DNA from: Candidatus Moranbacteria bacterium RIFCSPHIGHO2_01_FULL_55_24
Lineage (GTDB): Bacteria; Patescibacteriota; Minisyncoccia; Moranbacterales; UBA1568
Direction: 5' to 3'
Assembly: GCA_001786575.1 (NCBI GenBank)
Contig: MFRW01000004.1
Span: 62,655 to 126,654 of the forward strand
Length of the DNA stretch: 64,000 nucleotides
This document shows positions 8,696 to 18,557 of this stretch, in pieces. The notes beneath the pieces are model-generated. The model saw only the letters and a list, made by a program, of their open reading frames with translations, did no database searches and had not been told where the DNA came from. The position numbers were made by a program, and so were the translations under genes. Every line of letters starts with the position of its first letter. Position 1 is the stretch's first letter.

Positions 8696-9658
8696 ATGGA
8701 CGCCATTACTACGACTCCGCCTTCCTCGGTTTCCAAGGAAGGCTTCGAATACTCTGCTTTGCTTGCCAAAGCTCAAACGGCTATGGCATCCGGCAGAGAA
8801 ATTCGGGTGGCGCCGGATACGCTCCGGCCACTGCCCGATCAGCCAAGGAAGTTTTTCAATCAAGAGGGACTTCTGCGGCTGGGGAATTCTATGAAGACCA
8901 TCGGCCAGCTCCAGCCAGGAATTATCCGCCGGGTTCCTCCGGACGGGAAGGTGGAGTATGAGCTCCTCGATGGTGAACGTCGCTGGCGCGCAGCCAAGAT
9001 GGCGGGGCTTGCTTATCGGGCAACCCTGGTCGACCTGGATGATGAGGCCGTGCCGTTTATCATTGCGGCCGTTGCCAACTTCAACCGTGAAGGGCACACG
9101 CCAACCGAGGTTTCCGATTCCATTGCTCACATGGCCAATCTCACGATTCCGATGGAGGAAATCGCCAGTCTGCTGGGAATTTCTCCTTTCTGGGCGTACC
9201 AGATACATGGTTTGCAGAAACTCCACCCTGATGTTCGGGATATGCTCGACCCGACACTTCCGAAGGATAAGATGCTGCCAGTCACGGCAGCTATCCAGAT
9301 TTCCAAGGTCGACATCAGGCTCCAGCGGGATCTGGCGGAGAAAGTGCTCTCGCGCACTATCTCTGTTCGGAACCTAAGACAGGAAGCGGTCTCCGCTTCC
9401 AAGAAGGCTGGTCTCTACATTCGCGAGCGCGAGATGACCCGCGAGCCAAGAAAGCAGTGGGAATTGATCAAGAGCTCAATGCAGCAGCTTCTGCGCACTT
9501 CCCAAGACCTTCAAGGGCTTCTGAAGGAAGGCGGGATAGAGAATGCGCTGAAGGGGCGTTCTCAAGTTGAGATCTGGACAATTCTCAACGGGCTTGAAGA
9601 AGCAAGGATAATTACTCTCCAATGCGAGGGGAAAATCCGGAAAATCTGTCCCGACTGA
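8696..9658 (+). CDS. ParB/Srx-fold (ParB N-terminal nuclease-like) domain protein with HTH
   Basis: ParBc motifs (LRPLPDQPRKFF..., YELLDGERRWRAAKMAGL) followed by an HTH-like segment. RBS AAGGGAGG. No parA is adjacent. Confidence 0.7.
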   Translation: MDAITTTPPSSVSKEGFEYSALLAKAQTAMASGREIRVAPDTLRPLPDQPRKFFNQEGLLRLGNSMKTIGQLQPGIIRRVPPDGKVEYELLDGERRWRAAKMAGLAYRATLVDLDDEAVPFIIAAVANFNREGHTPTEVSDSIAHMANLTIPMEEIASLLGISPFWAYQIHGLQKLHPDVRDMLDPTLPKDKMLPVTAAIQISKVDIRLQRDLAEKVLSRTISVRNLRQEAVSASKKAGLYIREREMTREPRKQWELIKSSMQQLLRTSQDLQGLLKEGGIENALKGRSQVEIWTILNGLEEARIITLQCEGKIRKICPD

Positions 9659-9661
9659 TTT

Positions 9662-9699
9662 GGCGGCCAATAGTAGTTTCATACTGTTGGCCGCTTTTC
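9662..9699 (+). terminator. rho-independent terminator after parB-like gene
   Basis: GGCGGCCAA...TTGGCCGC followed by TTTTC. Confidence 0.4.
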
Positions 9700-9769
9700 T
9701 TTTACCTAAATTCGATTCGGACTTCGTCCAATAAGTGAAGTAAGTAACGATATCAGAGAGTAAAACTCT

Positions 9770-10534
9770 TTATTTTGAAACCACGATCATGATGGACTTC
9801 CCCTCATCAATCGTATTGGTTTCGTGATTCCAGTCAGCTCCTGCATTCTTGATTGTCTCAAAGGAATACAGATAGTTTTCACCGCGCTTCGTACCAGGTT
9901 CATTGGTGATAAATTGTGTCGGGGTGTAACCTCGAATGACGAACATATGATAGATCGGTCCCGGCTGGCGGAAGTAAGGGTTGCCGAGCTTGCGGCCATT
10001 TACCGGAACGATGACGATCTTGCTTTCCAGGAGCGCGTCTTTGATATCTTTTTCCGTGAAATCCTCGACGACTTCGGCCTTGAGGTGATACACCGAACGG
10101 ATCATTTCCGCCGTTTCTTCGGTAGTGGTGTTGAGGGAGTAGCCGAAGCGCTTTTCTTCCCAAGCGGTCAAATCGGCCAATTGCTCCTCTACTTCGGCCG
10201 CGGGTAAAACTTTCCTGGTATCACCGGCAAAGTAGGCGGCGGCCATGAGAGCGCTCGCTTCCTCGCAGGCTTCGTTGTGCATCTCGTCCCAGTTGGCGGT
10301 AGGAGCCTGGGGAGTGAAAGGCACTTGGAGCAGAAACTTATCCGGAATTTCTTCGGGAGGTTTGACCGAAGAAGCATCTGATGAAGAAGGGAAAGGCTGC
10401 GGCTCTGGAAGAGATGGAGAAGGGGCAAGAGATTCTGGGGAGAATACTTCTTTCCCATATTCAAAGAAAACTAGCCAGCTTATTACAAGAGCAGTAAGGA
10501 GAAAGAGAATGACACCCCATCTTTTGAGAATCAT
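9770..10534 (-). CDS. membrane-anchored C39-like (Peptidase_C39_2/YvpB-like) cysteine peptidase domain protein
   Basis: N-terminal TM, Pro/Ser linker, then LQVPFTPQAPTANWDEMHNEACEEASALMAAAYFAG resembling the C39_2 catalytic-Cys region. Confidence 0.45.
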   Translation of the reverse strand: MILKRWGVILFLLTALVISWLVFFEYGKEVFSPESLAPSPSLPEPQPFPSSSDASSVKPPEEIPDKFLLQVPFTPQAPTANWDEMHNEACEEASALMAAAYFAGDTRKVLPAAEVEEQLADLTAWEEKRFGYSLNTTTEETAEMIRSVYHLKAEVVEDFTEKDIKDALLESKIVIVPVNGRKLGNPYFRQPGPIYHMFVIRGYTPTQFITNEPGTKRGENYLYSFETIKNAGADWNHETNTIDEGKSIMIVVSK

Positions 10535-10631
10535 ACTTTTGAAAAGAAAAATTCAATTCGAGTACCGGAGAAAGGAGTGATAATAGTGTAGCACAATAGG
10601 AGAACGCGAGTCCGTCGAGATGAAAAAACAT

Positions 10632-11954
10632 TTAAATGGCATTCTCTATTCTTCTCAAGCGTCGCGGCAGCAAGAGGAGCAGCAAAACAAGTTCGGCGAG
10701 GCTTGCCAGGAAAAAAGAAAAAGGCAGGGCTACGATACCGAAGCGCGGGGCTAGATAGGCGGCTGCCGAAATCGCGATAATGAGGCCGATGATGCTCAAA
10801 ACAACGGGAATAAGGGTGTTTTTGGTGGCGTAGAAGGCTCTCGCGAGAAGATGTACCAAGGATTCTGTCGGCATGGCCAGGGTGAACACTCCCAAAACGA
10901 GAGCGGTCCGCGCGACGCTTTCCTGGTCGAACGCTCCGCCGCCGAAGACGATCCGGATAAGCGGTTCGCGGATGAGAAAAATAACGATAGCCGCGAAAAT
11001 GCTTCCGCCCAGGATGAGCCAGAAAGATATTTTCAGCGTTTTGCGGAATGGTTCGAGGGTCCGGTCGGCCATCGCTCGGGCCAAGACAGGAAATGTGGTA
11101 GTGGCAATAGTAATGCCGATAAGGCTCACGGGGACGCTCTCGAAGTTCCTTGCGAAATTGAGAATGGCCACGGAGCCCGGTTCGAGACGAGAGGCGATGA
11201 CGGTGAAGGCCCAAAAGGTCGCGAGTTCTACCGGATGGCCGAACATTTTCGGCAGCATGAGAGAAAGCGTCTTCTTGAATTCCGGCCGGAACGGATGAAA
11301 GCTCCACTTCAGTCTGAATCCGGAACGCAGCACGTCGAATATCCGTACTAAAAGGTGAAGAGAGGCTCCGAGAAGCGTGCCCCAGACTGCGCCCATAATA
11401 CCGAAACGAGAAGAGAGAAACAGGGTGCCGAAAATAATACCGAGGTTATAGAGCACCGGAGACAATCCGTAGTAGAGAAATCGGCGCTCCACAATAAGGA
11501 GAGCCCCCAAGGCATTCGAAGCGCTGAAGAGAAGGGGAGAGAGGGCGAGGTAGCGGAGAAGATCGGCTACCAAGAGCTGGTCTTCCGGTGCGAACCCCGG
11601 GGCTACAAGTACGCTTATCTTTCCGGCGAAGAGTATGATCACCAGAGCAGAAACGGCCATTGTTCCCATCGCTCCGGTTATTACCGTGCCAAGATATTCC
11701 GCCGCTCTTTTCCGATCGGATTTCAGGAGTTCGGAAATAATCGGAACAAAAGCAGCCGCAATACCGCTGGCGATAAAGATATTGAAGAGAAGATCGGGGA
11801 ACAAAAAGGCGGCATTGTAGGCGTCGAGCTCGCGAGAAGCGCCGAAGCTTTGGGCAAACATCCGATCACGCAACAAGCCCGCTATATATGAGGCCAAGGT
11901 GGTGATTGCCAGAATAATGCTTCCAGCAGGAAGAAACCGGAGGAATTTTTTCAT
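10632..11954 (-). CDS. murJ: lipid II flippase MurJ/MviN
   Basis: Polytopic membrane protein with MurJ-typical N-terminal region (LASYIAGLLRDRMFAQSFGASRELDAYNAAF). Start taken at MKKFLRF. Confidence 0.85.
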   Translation of the reverse strand: MKKFLRFLPAGSIILAITTLASYIAGLLRDRMFAQSFGASRELDAYNAAFLFPDLLFNIFIASGIAAAFVPIISELLKSDRKRAAEYLGTVITGAMGTMAVSALVIILFAGKISVLVAPGFAPEDQLLVADLLRYLALSPLLFSASNALGALLIVERRFLYYGLSPVLYNLGIIFGTLFLSSRFGIMGAVWGTLLGASLHLLVRIFDVLRSGFRLKWSFHPFRPEFKKTLSLMLPKMFGHPVELATFWAFTVIASRLEPGSVAILNFARNFESVPVSLIGITIATTTFPVLARAMADRTLEPFRKTLKISFWLILGGSIFAAIVIFLIREPLIRIVFGGGAFDQESVARTALVLGVFTLAMPTESLVHLLARAFYATKNTLIPVVLSIIGLIIAISAAAYLAPRFGIVALPFSFFLASLAELVLLLLLLPRRLRRIENAI

Positions 11955-12005
11955 GTATGTATTATACGCTGATTTTCGTGCGAGAAGAGAACGTAGCGGC
12001 AATCA

Positions 12006-13148
12006 TCATTGGCAACGAAGTCCGGTGGCTTCCTCGATCCTCGCCCAGGATACGACGGCAGTGCTTTTGTCGTTATTTACGGCCGCGAAGAGTCCCTGCG
12101 GGGAGTTCGGAAGGGGACGGCTGGTAGCATCGATGCCATCGGTGAATGAAACACCGTTCAGAATGAGCGTTCCTAGGTGCTGCCAGCTCTGGCGGTCGAA
12201 AAATTCAAAGCCGTTTTTGCCAGCGGGAGCCTGATCCGCAGCAATGATGAAGCCTTTGCCGTTATCCTTGCCATCGGCATCATGGCAGGCATAGAGCGTG
12301 ATGCCCTCGCCATCGCCGGCGAATACGCCCTTTCCGAACACGTTCGAACCATTTCTGAAGTAGGGTCGCCCGTCGGGGTGATAGGCGGTGACGGCTCCTC
12401 TCGGATACCTTTCGGATCCCGCTCCCTTTTCTTCCGGGACGTAAACGATTTGGTGATAGCTGTCGGCCAACACCTCCTCGATACTCTCGACATTCGGAGA
12501 AAACGAGTAGACCTGTTTCCCGCTATCGAGATTGAAAACCCGGACTTGATGAGACTCTGTGGCGTACAGATATTTTTCACCGCTCCGAAGGGTCAAAGTA
12601 TCTACATTGGTTTCCCCGGGGCGGAGCACGTCTTTCCCGAGATTGAAAAGGATATCGAGGTTCGGTAGCGCTCGGACCTCCACGAGTTTTTCTTGAGAAT
12701 CTCCGATGAGGAGAAAGTTTCTCTCCTGGTCGATTCCCAAGCCATTGGGGCGGGAGCTTCGTTTGAGAACCGGCAGCTCTTTTCCTTCGAAGGGGTACTG
12801 CCACACTTCCACTGTGTCATTGCCCTTACCGGAGACGAGAAGGAGCGTATTTTCCGGTTGGTCTGCTTCGAAAAACTCCGGTGAATCGATATTGGTGCCC
12901 GCGCCGTCAAGAAAGAAATCAGGCGAGAGCGTGGCGCTGCCGAAAGGAGCGAATGAAGAGACGGGAGTTTCCTCGCTTACGTCTTTGGAGAGTATCAGTA
13001 CAGGCTCTTCTTTCCGGGGTATCGGTTCTGCCACAGGCGTTGAGAAGAGCGGCCGGGCTGCATAGTACCACCAAAGCGCGGTACCGCCTCCTGCCAGACC
13101 GAGAACTATCGCGTAGAAGAAAATTTTCAGAACCGAAGATTTCGGCAT
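12006..13148 (-). CDS. membrane-anchored beta-propeller (3-phytase/BPP-like) domain protein
   Basis: N-terminal signal anchor (MPKSSVLKIFFYAIVLGLAGG). C-terminal region (EGITLYACHDADGKDNGKGFIIAADQ) resembles beta-propeller phytase. The six-frame ORF 12006..14339 is this gene plus an antisense extension across the DLH gene. Confidence 0.5.
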   Translation of the reverse strand: MPKSSVLKIFFYAIVLGLAGGGTALWWYYAARPLFSTPVAEPIPRKEEPVLILSKDVSEETPVSSFAPFGSATLSPDFFLDGAGTNIDSPEFFEADQPENTLLLVSGKGNDTVEVWQYPFEGKELPVLKRSSRPNGLGIDQERNFLLIGDSQEKLVEVRALPNLDILFNLGKDVLRPGETNVDTLTLRSGEKYLYATESHQVRVFNLDSGKQVYSFSPNVESIEEVLADSYHQIVYVPEEKGAGSERYPRGAVTAYHPDGRPYFRNGSNVFGKGVFAGDGEGITLYACHDADGKDNGKGFIIAADQAPAGKNGFEFFDRQSWQHLGTLILNGVSFTDGIDATSRPLPNSPQGLFAAVNNDKSTAVVSWARIEEATGLRCQ

Positions 13149-13307
13149 AGGAGCCTGTTTGCTATCATCATACGCCTTTCGGCGGCAATATTCCACGGGT
13201 GCGGGTGCGCTGCCGCCCGTTTGCTCTTCAGTATATGATTTTCGGGAGGCATTGACTTTTATTTTATTCAAGCCGATGATGAGGGTATAAATTGTCGCAG
13301 CCAGCAT

Positions 13308-14084
13308 ATGGAGCGGGAAATACGCATAACAACAGAGGATGCGGTGCTCCCCGGAATACTCGTAGTACCGGAAGGTGCTTCTGGCATCGTGCTGTTCGCA
13401 CACGGAAGCGGTAGCAGCCGCTTCTCGCCGCGCAATACCTTTGTTGCGCGCACCCTTCAGAATAGCGGTATTGCAACACTTCTTATAGACCTGCTTACCG
13501 AGGATGAGGATGCGGAATATGAGAATCGTTTCAATATCGATCTTCTTGCAGAGCGTCTCGGAGGCGTTCTTCGCTGGATTGTCAGCGAGCCGGAAACGAA
13601 AGGCCTTGCCATAGGGCTCTTCGGGGCTTCGACAGGCGCTGCCGCTGCGCTTATCGTTGCGGCGGAGCCGGACAACCCGGTAGCAGCCGTCGTCTCGCGC
13701 GGCGGCCGGCCCGACCTGGCCTTGGGCAGGCTCGGCGAAGTTGGCGCCCCGACGCTTCTTATCGTCGGCGGCGAGGATCATGAAGTCATCCTGCTTAACG
13801 AGCAGGCGCTTGCCTCGCTTCATTGTGAAAAAAGGATGGAAATCGTCCCTGGCGCGACGCACCTCTTCGAAGAGCCCGGCACGCTCGAACGTGTTGCCGA
13901 TCTTGCGACGCGGTGGTTTGTGCGCTTTCTCGCTCTTCCTGCCGAAGGATCGGGCGAGCCGGAAGAAACAGAAGAAGCGGCTATCCCGACGAAATTTCTC
14001 AACAGCGCCGAAAAACCGACTCGGTCGCCCGACAAGACTCGCGGGGCGGCGAAGGAAGGGTACCGACCCCTGCACAGGAAATAG
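13308..14084 (+). CDS. dienelactone hydrolase-family alpha/beta hydrolase
   Basis: LFAHGSGSSRFSPRN..., nucleophile elbow GLFGASTGAAAA, GGEDHEV. DLH/HdhA-like. Confidence 0.75.
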   Translation: MEREIRITTEDAVLPGILVVPEGASGIVLFAHGSGSSRFSPRNTFVARTLQNSGIATLLIDLLTEDEDAEYENRFNIDLLAERLGGVLRWIVSEPETKGLAIGLFGASTGAAAALIVAAEPDNPVAAVVSRGGRPDLALGRLGEVGAPTLLIVGGEDHEVILLNEQALASLHCEKRMEIVPGATHLFEEPGTLERVADLATRWFVRFLALPAEGSGEPEETEEAAIPTKFLNSAEKPTRSPDKTRGAAKEGYRPLHRK

Positions 14085-14085
14085 T

Positions 14086-15057
14086 ATGAAATTGCTCTTT
14101 GTCGGCGACGTCATGCTCGGAAGGCTTGTGAACGAAAGACTTCGTGACGCATCTCCCGAGTATCCGTGGGGCGACACGCTGCCGATTTTTGCTGCGGCAG
14201 ATGCGCGGATATGCAATCTCGAGTGCGTCATTGCCGATAGGGGGATACCGGCGCAGAAAACTTTTACCTTCCGTTCGGATTCCAAGAACATCGCCGTCCT
14301 TAAGGCAGCCGGCATCGATGCGGTATCGCTTGCGAACAACCACTCGCTCGACTATGGCCCCGATGCGCTTCAGGAAATGATCGGAATTCTGGATGAGGCA
14401 GGTATCGCGCATGCCGGCGCGGGAGAGAATGATGCCGCGGCCGGAGCCGCTGGGAAGATTTCGGTTCTCGGCACGGAAATTACGCTCCTGTCGTTCACCG
14501 ATTGCCGCGATCCCGACTGGGAAGCGCTTCCTGGGCGGCCGGGAGTGCGCTATGTCCCCGTTGGCGAGCCTGATCCGCGTGCCGAAGCGCTTTTGGAGCA
14601 TGTTAGGACGGTTCGGGGAAGTGCGGAACTTGTTATCATCTCGGCGCACTGGGGCAGCAATTGGGGACGTGAGCCCGAAGACGGACACCAAAACTTCGCC
14701 CACGCGCTCATTGAAGCGGGAGCCGATATCGTGTTCGGTCATTCGGCTCATATATTCCGCGGGGTCGAACTGTACAAGGGGAAACCGATCATCTACAGTG
14801 CAGGCGACTTTATCGATGACTACGCGGTAGACGAGATGGAACGCAATGACGAATCATTCGTGTTCACCGTCGAGTTCGAAGGTGCGCGTTTCGTGCGTAT
14901 GCGGATGCACCCGACTATCATCGAGGGTTTCCAGGCGCGCCTCCCTGATCCGGATGGCGCTAGACGCATAGCTCGGCGTATGAAGGAGCTTTGCCGCAAA
15001 CTCGGTACGCGGGCGGAGTGGAGCGAGACAGAGAACGCGCTCGACATACGCCTATGA
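14086..15057 (+). CDS. CapA/PgsA-family metallophosphatase (poly-gamma-glutamate synthesis protein-like)
   Basis: MKLLFVGDVMLGR..., NLECVI, SLANNHSLDYG, HWGSNWGRE. Starts 2 nt after the DLH stop. Confidence 0.75.
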   Translation: MKLLFVGDVMLGRLVNERLRDASPEYPWGDTLPIFAAADARICNLECVIADRGIPAQKTFTFRSDSKNIAVLKAAGIDAVSLANNHSLDYGPDALQEMIGILDEAGIAHAGAGENDAAAGAAGKISVLGTEITLLSFTDCRDPDWEALPGRPGVRYVPVGEPDPRAEALLEHVRTVRGSAELVIISAHWGSNWGREPEDGHQNFAHALIEAGADIVFGHSAHIFRGVELYKGKPIIYSAGDFIDDYAVDEMERNDESFVFTVEFEGARFVRMRMHPTIIEGFQARLPDPDGARRIARRMKELCRKLGTRAEWSETENALDIRL

Positions 15058-15468
15058 AAGGAAAACGTGCCGCGAAAAAAGAGCAGCCCAGGCGTTGGTC
15101 GGCACGCGTGACACGCGAGAGCAACGTACTGGATCTCGAGCCCGGCGTATTCACGTGGAGCGATCCGAAACGCATCGCGCGCTCGCTCAAGCGTTCAGCA
15201 GAAAAGAGCGTGCGCCGCAAAGGGACGCCGTACCAGTCCGCGATGTCTATGCTCAACTTCTATATAAACCGCGCCGGGAAAAACCTCTCGACAGAGCGCA
15301 AACGCTTGTTGGCGAGAACGAAGCGAGAGCTCCGTACATTGTTCGGCAGGAGCGGATAGCAATCTCTCTCCGAGAGGTTCATGCTCTTGCCTGATCGGTT
15401 TATCTGTGTCATCCTACAAGACGCCTAGCGGCGATTTTTTTATAGAAAATAGCGCTCTTTCCCTGCCT

Positions 15469-16920
15469 ATGGCCAACAATCAGACTATTTTGAAATTCGA
15501 TCGCGTCTCTTTCGAGTACGATCACGGGAAGCCCCTCCTCGACGAGGTGAGCTTTTCGCTGCGTCGCGGTGCCAAAGTAACGCTCATGGGACAGAATGGA
15601 GCCGGAAAGAGTTCGCTCTTCCGCCTTCTTGTCGGGGAAATCCAGCCGCACAGCGGGCGGATCTCGATCGATCGGGGAGTGTCGGTGGCTCTCTCCCGGC
15701 AGGTGATGGATCGGGAGCAGCTGGACTGGACGGTCGAAGAATTCTTCGAGCAGTTTTTTTCCGAAAAACAATGGAATCTTCCCGCACTTATCCAGGATGT
15801 CCTGGAAGTGGTCAACCTTCCCGTGCCGCCGCTCACCAAAAAGATGCGGGAATTCTCCGGGGGACAGCAGGCGCGGCTCCTGCTCGCCTCCGCTCTTATC
15901 CAGAATCCGGACATGCTCCTCCTGGATGAGCCGACCAACAACCTGGATGCGGACGGCATCGCCCATCTCACGCAGTTCCTGATCGAGTATCCGAAAACCT
16001 GTATCGTCATTTCTCACGACGCGGCGTTCCTGAACGCGTTTACCGAAGGCGTCTTGTATCTCGACGTGTTCACTCACCAGATCGAGCAATACACGGGCGA
16101 CTACTACCAGGTGGTGGAGGAAATCTCGCGCCGCATCGCCAAGGAGCAGAGTGAAAACGTGCGTCTCGAGCGCACCATCCGGGAGAAGCGCGACCAGGCC
16201 AACGTCTTCGCCAACAAGGGAGGGAAGCTCCGCGGAGTCGCCAAACGGATGCGCGATCTGGCGGATGAACTGGAAGAGAACAAAGTCGATGTCCGCCAGG
16301 AAGACCGCGTCCTCCCGAGTTTCCAGATCGCCTGCCATCCTCCGGCGGGCCCGATCGTGGAGATCCGCTCTGTCTTGGCTATGCTCCCGGACGGCCCGAA
16401 GGTCAAGCCGGTCAATCTAACGCTCAAGAAGAATAAGCACCTTCTGGTAACGGGGCCGAACGGCATAGGAAAGAGCACTTTCCTGGAAGCCCTCGCCGAG
16501 GGAGACACGGAGCGCGCTACGATCGCTCCGGACGCCATAGTCGGCTACTATCGGCAGGATTTTTCTACGCTGGATTTCAAGCAGAAGGTGGCGGACGTTC
16601 TCCTGGCCGCTACTTCCGACAAGAGCATGGAAACGGTCTATGCCACAGCGGCACGTTTTCTCATCACCGCTCCGCTCATGAAGAACACCGTAGAGAGTTT
16701 GTCGGAGGGGCAGAAGGGACTCCTCATGTTCGCGCGGCTGTTTCTGGAAAAGCCGAGCCTGCTCATCATGGATGAGCCGACCAACCATATCAACTTCCGT
16801 CACGTTCCCGTGATCGCGGCGGCGCTTAATCAGTACGAGGGAGCGCTCATCCTTGTGAGCCATGCGGAAGACTTCGTTCAGCAGATCCGCATCGACGAAG
16901 TATTGGATCTCGGCGCGTAA
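15469..16920 (+). CDS. ABC-F family ATPase (tandem nucleotide-binding domains, no TMD)
   Basis: Two Walker A sites (GQNGAGKSS; GPNGIGKST) and two signature/Walker B sites (LSGGQQARLLLA...LLLDEPTNNLD; LSEGQKGLLMFA...LIMDEPTNHIN). Confidence 0.8.
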   Translation: MANNQTILKFDRVSFEYDHGKPLLDEVSFSLRRGAKVTLMGQNGAGKSSLFRLLVGEIQPHSGRISIDRGVSVALSRQVMDREQLDWTVEEFFEQFFSEKQWNLPALIQDVLEVVNLPVPPLTKKMREFSGGQQARLLLASALIQNPDMLLLDEPTNNLDADGIAHLTQFLIEYPKTCIVISHDAAFLNAFTEGVLYLDVFTHQIEQYTGDYYQVVEEISRRIAKEQSENVRLERTIREKRDQANVFANKGGKLRGVAKRMRDLADELEENKVDVRQEDRVLPSFQIACHPPAGPIVEIRSVLAMLPDGPKVKPVNLTLKKNKHLLVTGPNGIGKSTFLEALAEGDTERATIAPDAIVGYYRQDFSTLDFKQKVADVLLAATSDKSMETVYATAARFLITAPLMKNTVESLSEGQKGLLMFARLFLEKPSLLIMDEPTNHINFRHVPVIAAALNQYEGALILVSHAEDFVQQIRIDEVLDLGA

Positions 16921-16942
16921 ACCGGCCCGTTTGGCGAGTAAA

Positions 16943-16977
16943 GAAAAAACAGCCCCGTGTGAGGGGCTGTTTTTTTG
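16943..16977. terminator. bidirectional rho-independent terminator
   Basis: AAAAAACAGCCCCGTGTGAGGGGCTGTTTTTTT between convergent genes. Confidence 0.6.
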
Positions 16978-16990
16978 AATAAAATGGAGT

Positions 16991-17419
16991 CTACTCGACG
17001 ATGAGTTTGCCCCATTGGCCTTTGGCGCGGTGTCCGGGCATCGAGCAGTAGTAGATGAACTCGCCGGTCTTGTCCGCAACGAACTCGATCGTCACTGCCT
17101 CATTCAAGAGGAGATTCTTCTTGATGCCGAATTCATCCAGGGAGAAATCATGCATCCCTTTCGTGTTGGTCGCTGTGAGACGGACGGTATCGCCCTTCTT
17201 CACGCGCATTTCCTTAAGCGAGAACCAGGCTCCGGCTTCGTCGTTATAGGCGGTGGTGGTGAATTCTTTCACCGGTCCGGCTGGCGCTTCAGTCGTCGGC
17301 TCTTCCATAGCCACTTCCTGACTTCCGGAGTCCATAGCCACGGTCTTGCTGTTGCGGACCAGCGCATACCCGGCCACAGCCACAGCTGCAATGATCGCTA
17401 TCACAAGTATTTTTCCCAT
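16991..17419 (-). CDS. membrane-anchored cupredoxin (type-1 copper-like) protein
   Basis: N-terminal TM. GDTVRLTATNTKGMHDF ... YYCSMPGHRAKGQWG gives His/Cys/His(/Met)-type copper-ligand spacing. Confidence 0.65.
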   Translation of the reverse strand: MGKILVIAIIAAVAVAGYALVRNSKTVAMDSGSQEVAMEEPTTEAPAGPVKEFTTTAYNDEAGAWFSLKEMRVKKGDTVRLTATNTKGMHDFSLDEFGIKKNLLLNEAVTIEFVADKTGEFIYYCSMPGHRAKGQWGKLIVE

Positions 17420-17520
17420 AAGGTTGCCCTCTTAATGATTTATGATTTTCCTTATTCGATGTTCGTCTCCAGTATAGGATACCTAGAGCGGTTTTCAAAT
17501 ACGTGTTACCAGAGGATTCC

Positions 17521-18411
17521 TTATAATGCGGCAGGGGTGATGTGGGAGGCCAAGAACGTGTAGGCTCCCTGTACCTCGCTCGATCCGGCAGTGATGCCGG
17601 GGTACCGGTTCACTTCGAGCAGATACGGAAGACCAGTTTGTTTATCGATGATGATATCGGCGCGGGACCAAGACAGTCCCAGATGCCCGCTCGCTTTGAC
17701 AGCCATATCTTTGATCTCTTTCGGGATATCTATCAGGTCGACGAACTGTTCGTCGGCGCCATTGCAGGCATTATTCCGGAATTCCCCGTCAGAGTGGTAG
17801 CTTTTTTCGCCGGCTACGACAACGCCATTCACTACCATGATTCCCCAATCGTATTCGTTGGGAATGTAGCGCTGGAAAAGGAAGCTCTTATTCTTCGGAA
17901 GACCGGCCATCTTTTCTAAAAGATCAGATTCGGAAGCGACGAATTCGGAATGTTTCCCTCTGGCTCCGCGGATATCTTTGATGATGAGGGGGTAGCCGCA
18001 GGTCTTTTTTATGAGTCCCATGCTTTTTTCAACATTGCTGCGACTGACAAAAACGGTATCAGGGATGGGGAGACCGTTCAACGCAAAGACCATACAGTCA
18101 GTGACTTTCGAAGGGCTTTTCTCTACGTACGAATGAGGAGTTCCGGCAGACTCGAGATAGAGGTGGAGAGCATAGGCGATATCCCGATAATTCCAGCCTG
18201 AAGTAAGCCAAACGAATGAGAATTCGCGTATATCGATTCCTCTGTGGAGAGCCTGGACAGCCCCTTTGTGGAAAGCGAGCTCAAGATCCGGGTATTTCCC
18301 TGCCGTGAAATCTATAGGGAAGGGGAACTTCTTTATGGCTTGCGGCGTGCTTTTGAGAGCCGGAAGACTCAAGAGGGTGAATGGTTTTTCGGGCATAGAG
18401 CGAGAAATCAA
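17521..18411 (-). CDS. ATP-grasp family ligase (RimK/LysX-like)
   Basis: ATP-grasp signatures (GYPLIIKDIRGARG, LFQRYIPNEYDWGIMVVNG, LLEVNRYPG). Confidence 0.7.
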   Translation of the reverse strand: MISRSMPEKPFTLLSLPALKSTPQAIKKFPFPIDFTAGKYPDLELAFHKGAVQALHRGIDIREFSFVWLTSGWNYRDIAYALHLYLESAGTPHSYVEKSPSKVTDCMVFALNGLPIPDTVFVSRSNVEKSMGLIKKTCGYPLIIKDIRGARGKHSEFVASESDLLEKMAGLPKNKSFLFQRYIPNEYDWGIMVVNGVVVAGEKSYHSDGEFRNNACNGADEQFVDLIDIPKEIKDMAVKASGHLGLSWSRADIIIDKQTGLPYLLEVNRYPGITAGSSEVQGAYTFLASHITPAAL

Positions 18412-18557
18412 AGATAAGATGACTTCTCGTTCATGGAACTTTTCAAGACGCTCAATGGCAAGGAAGAAAAGAAGGCTTTAAAGCCTAATAATGAAGAAAT
18501 CAACTAATTATATAACGATTTTCCTGTTTTGTAAAGCCTCGGAGGACTTGAACCTCT

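Noticed and set aside
13741-14085. N-terminal 115 aa of ORF 13741..15057
   Set aside because: Out-of-frame overlap with the DLH gene. The CapA homology begins at MKLLFVGDVMLGR (14086).
12006-14339. 777-aa ORF treated as one gene
   Set aside because: Only the C-terminal 381 aa (from MPKSS, 13148) look protein-like. Upstream of that the frame runs antisense through the well-supported DLH hydrolase gene and is Arg-rich junk.
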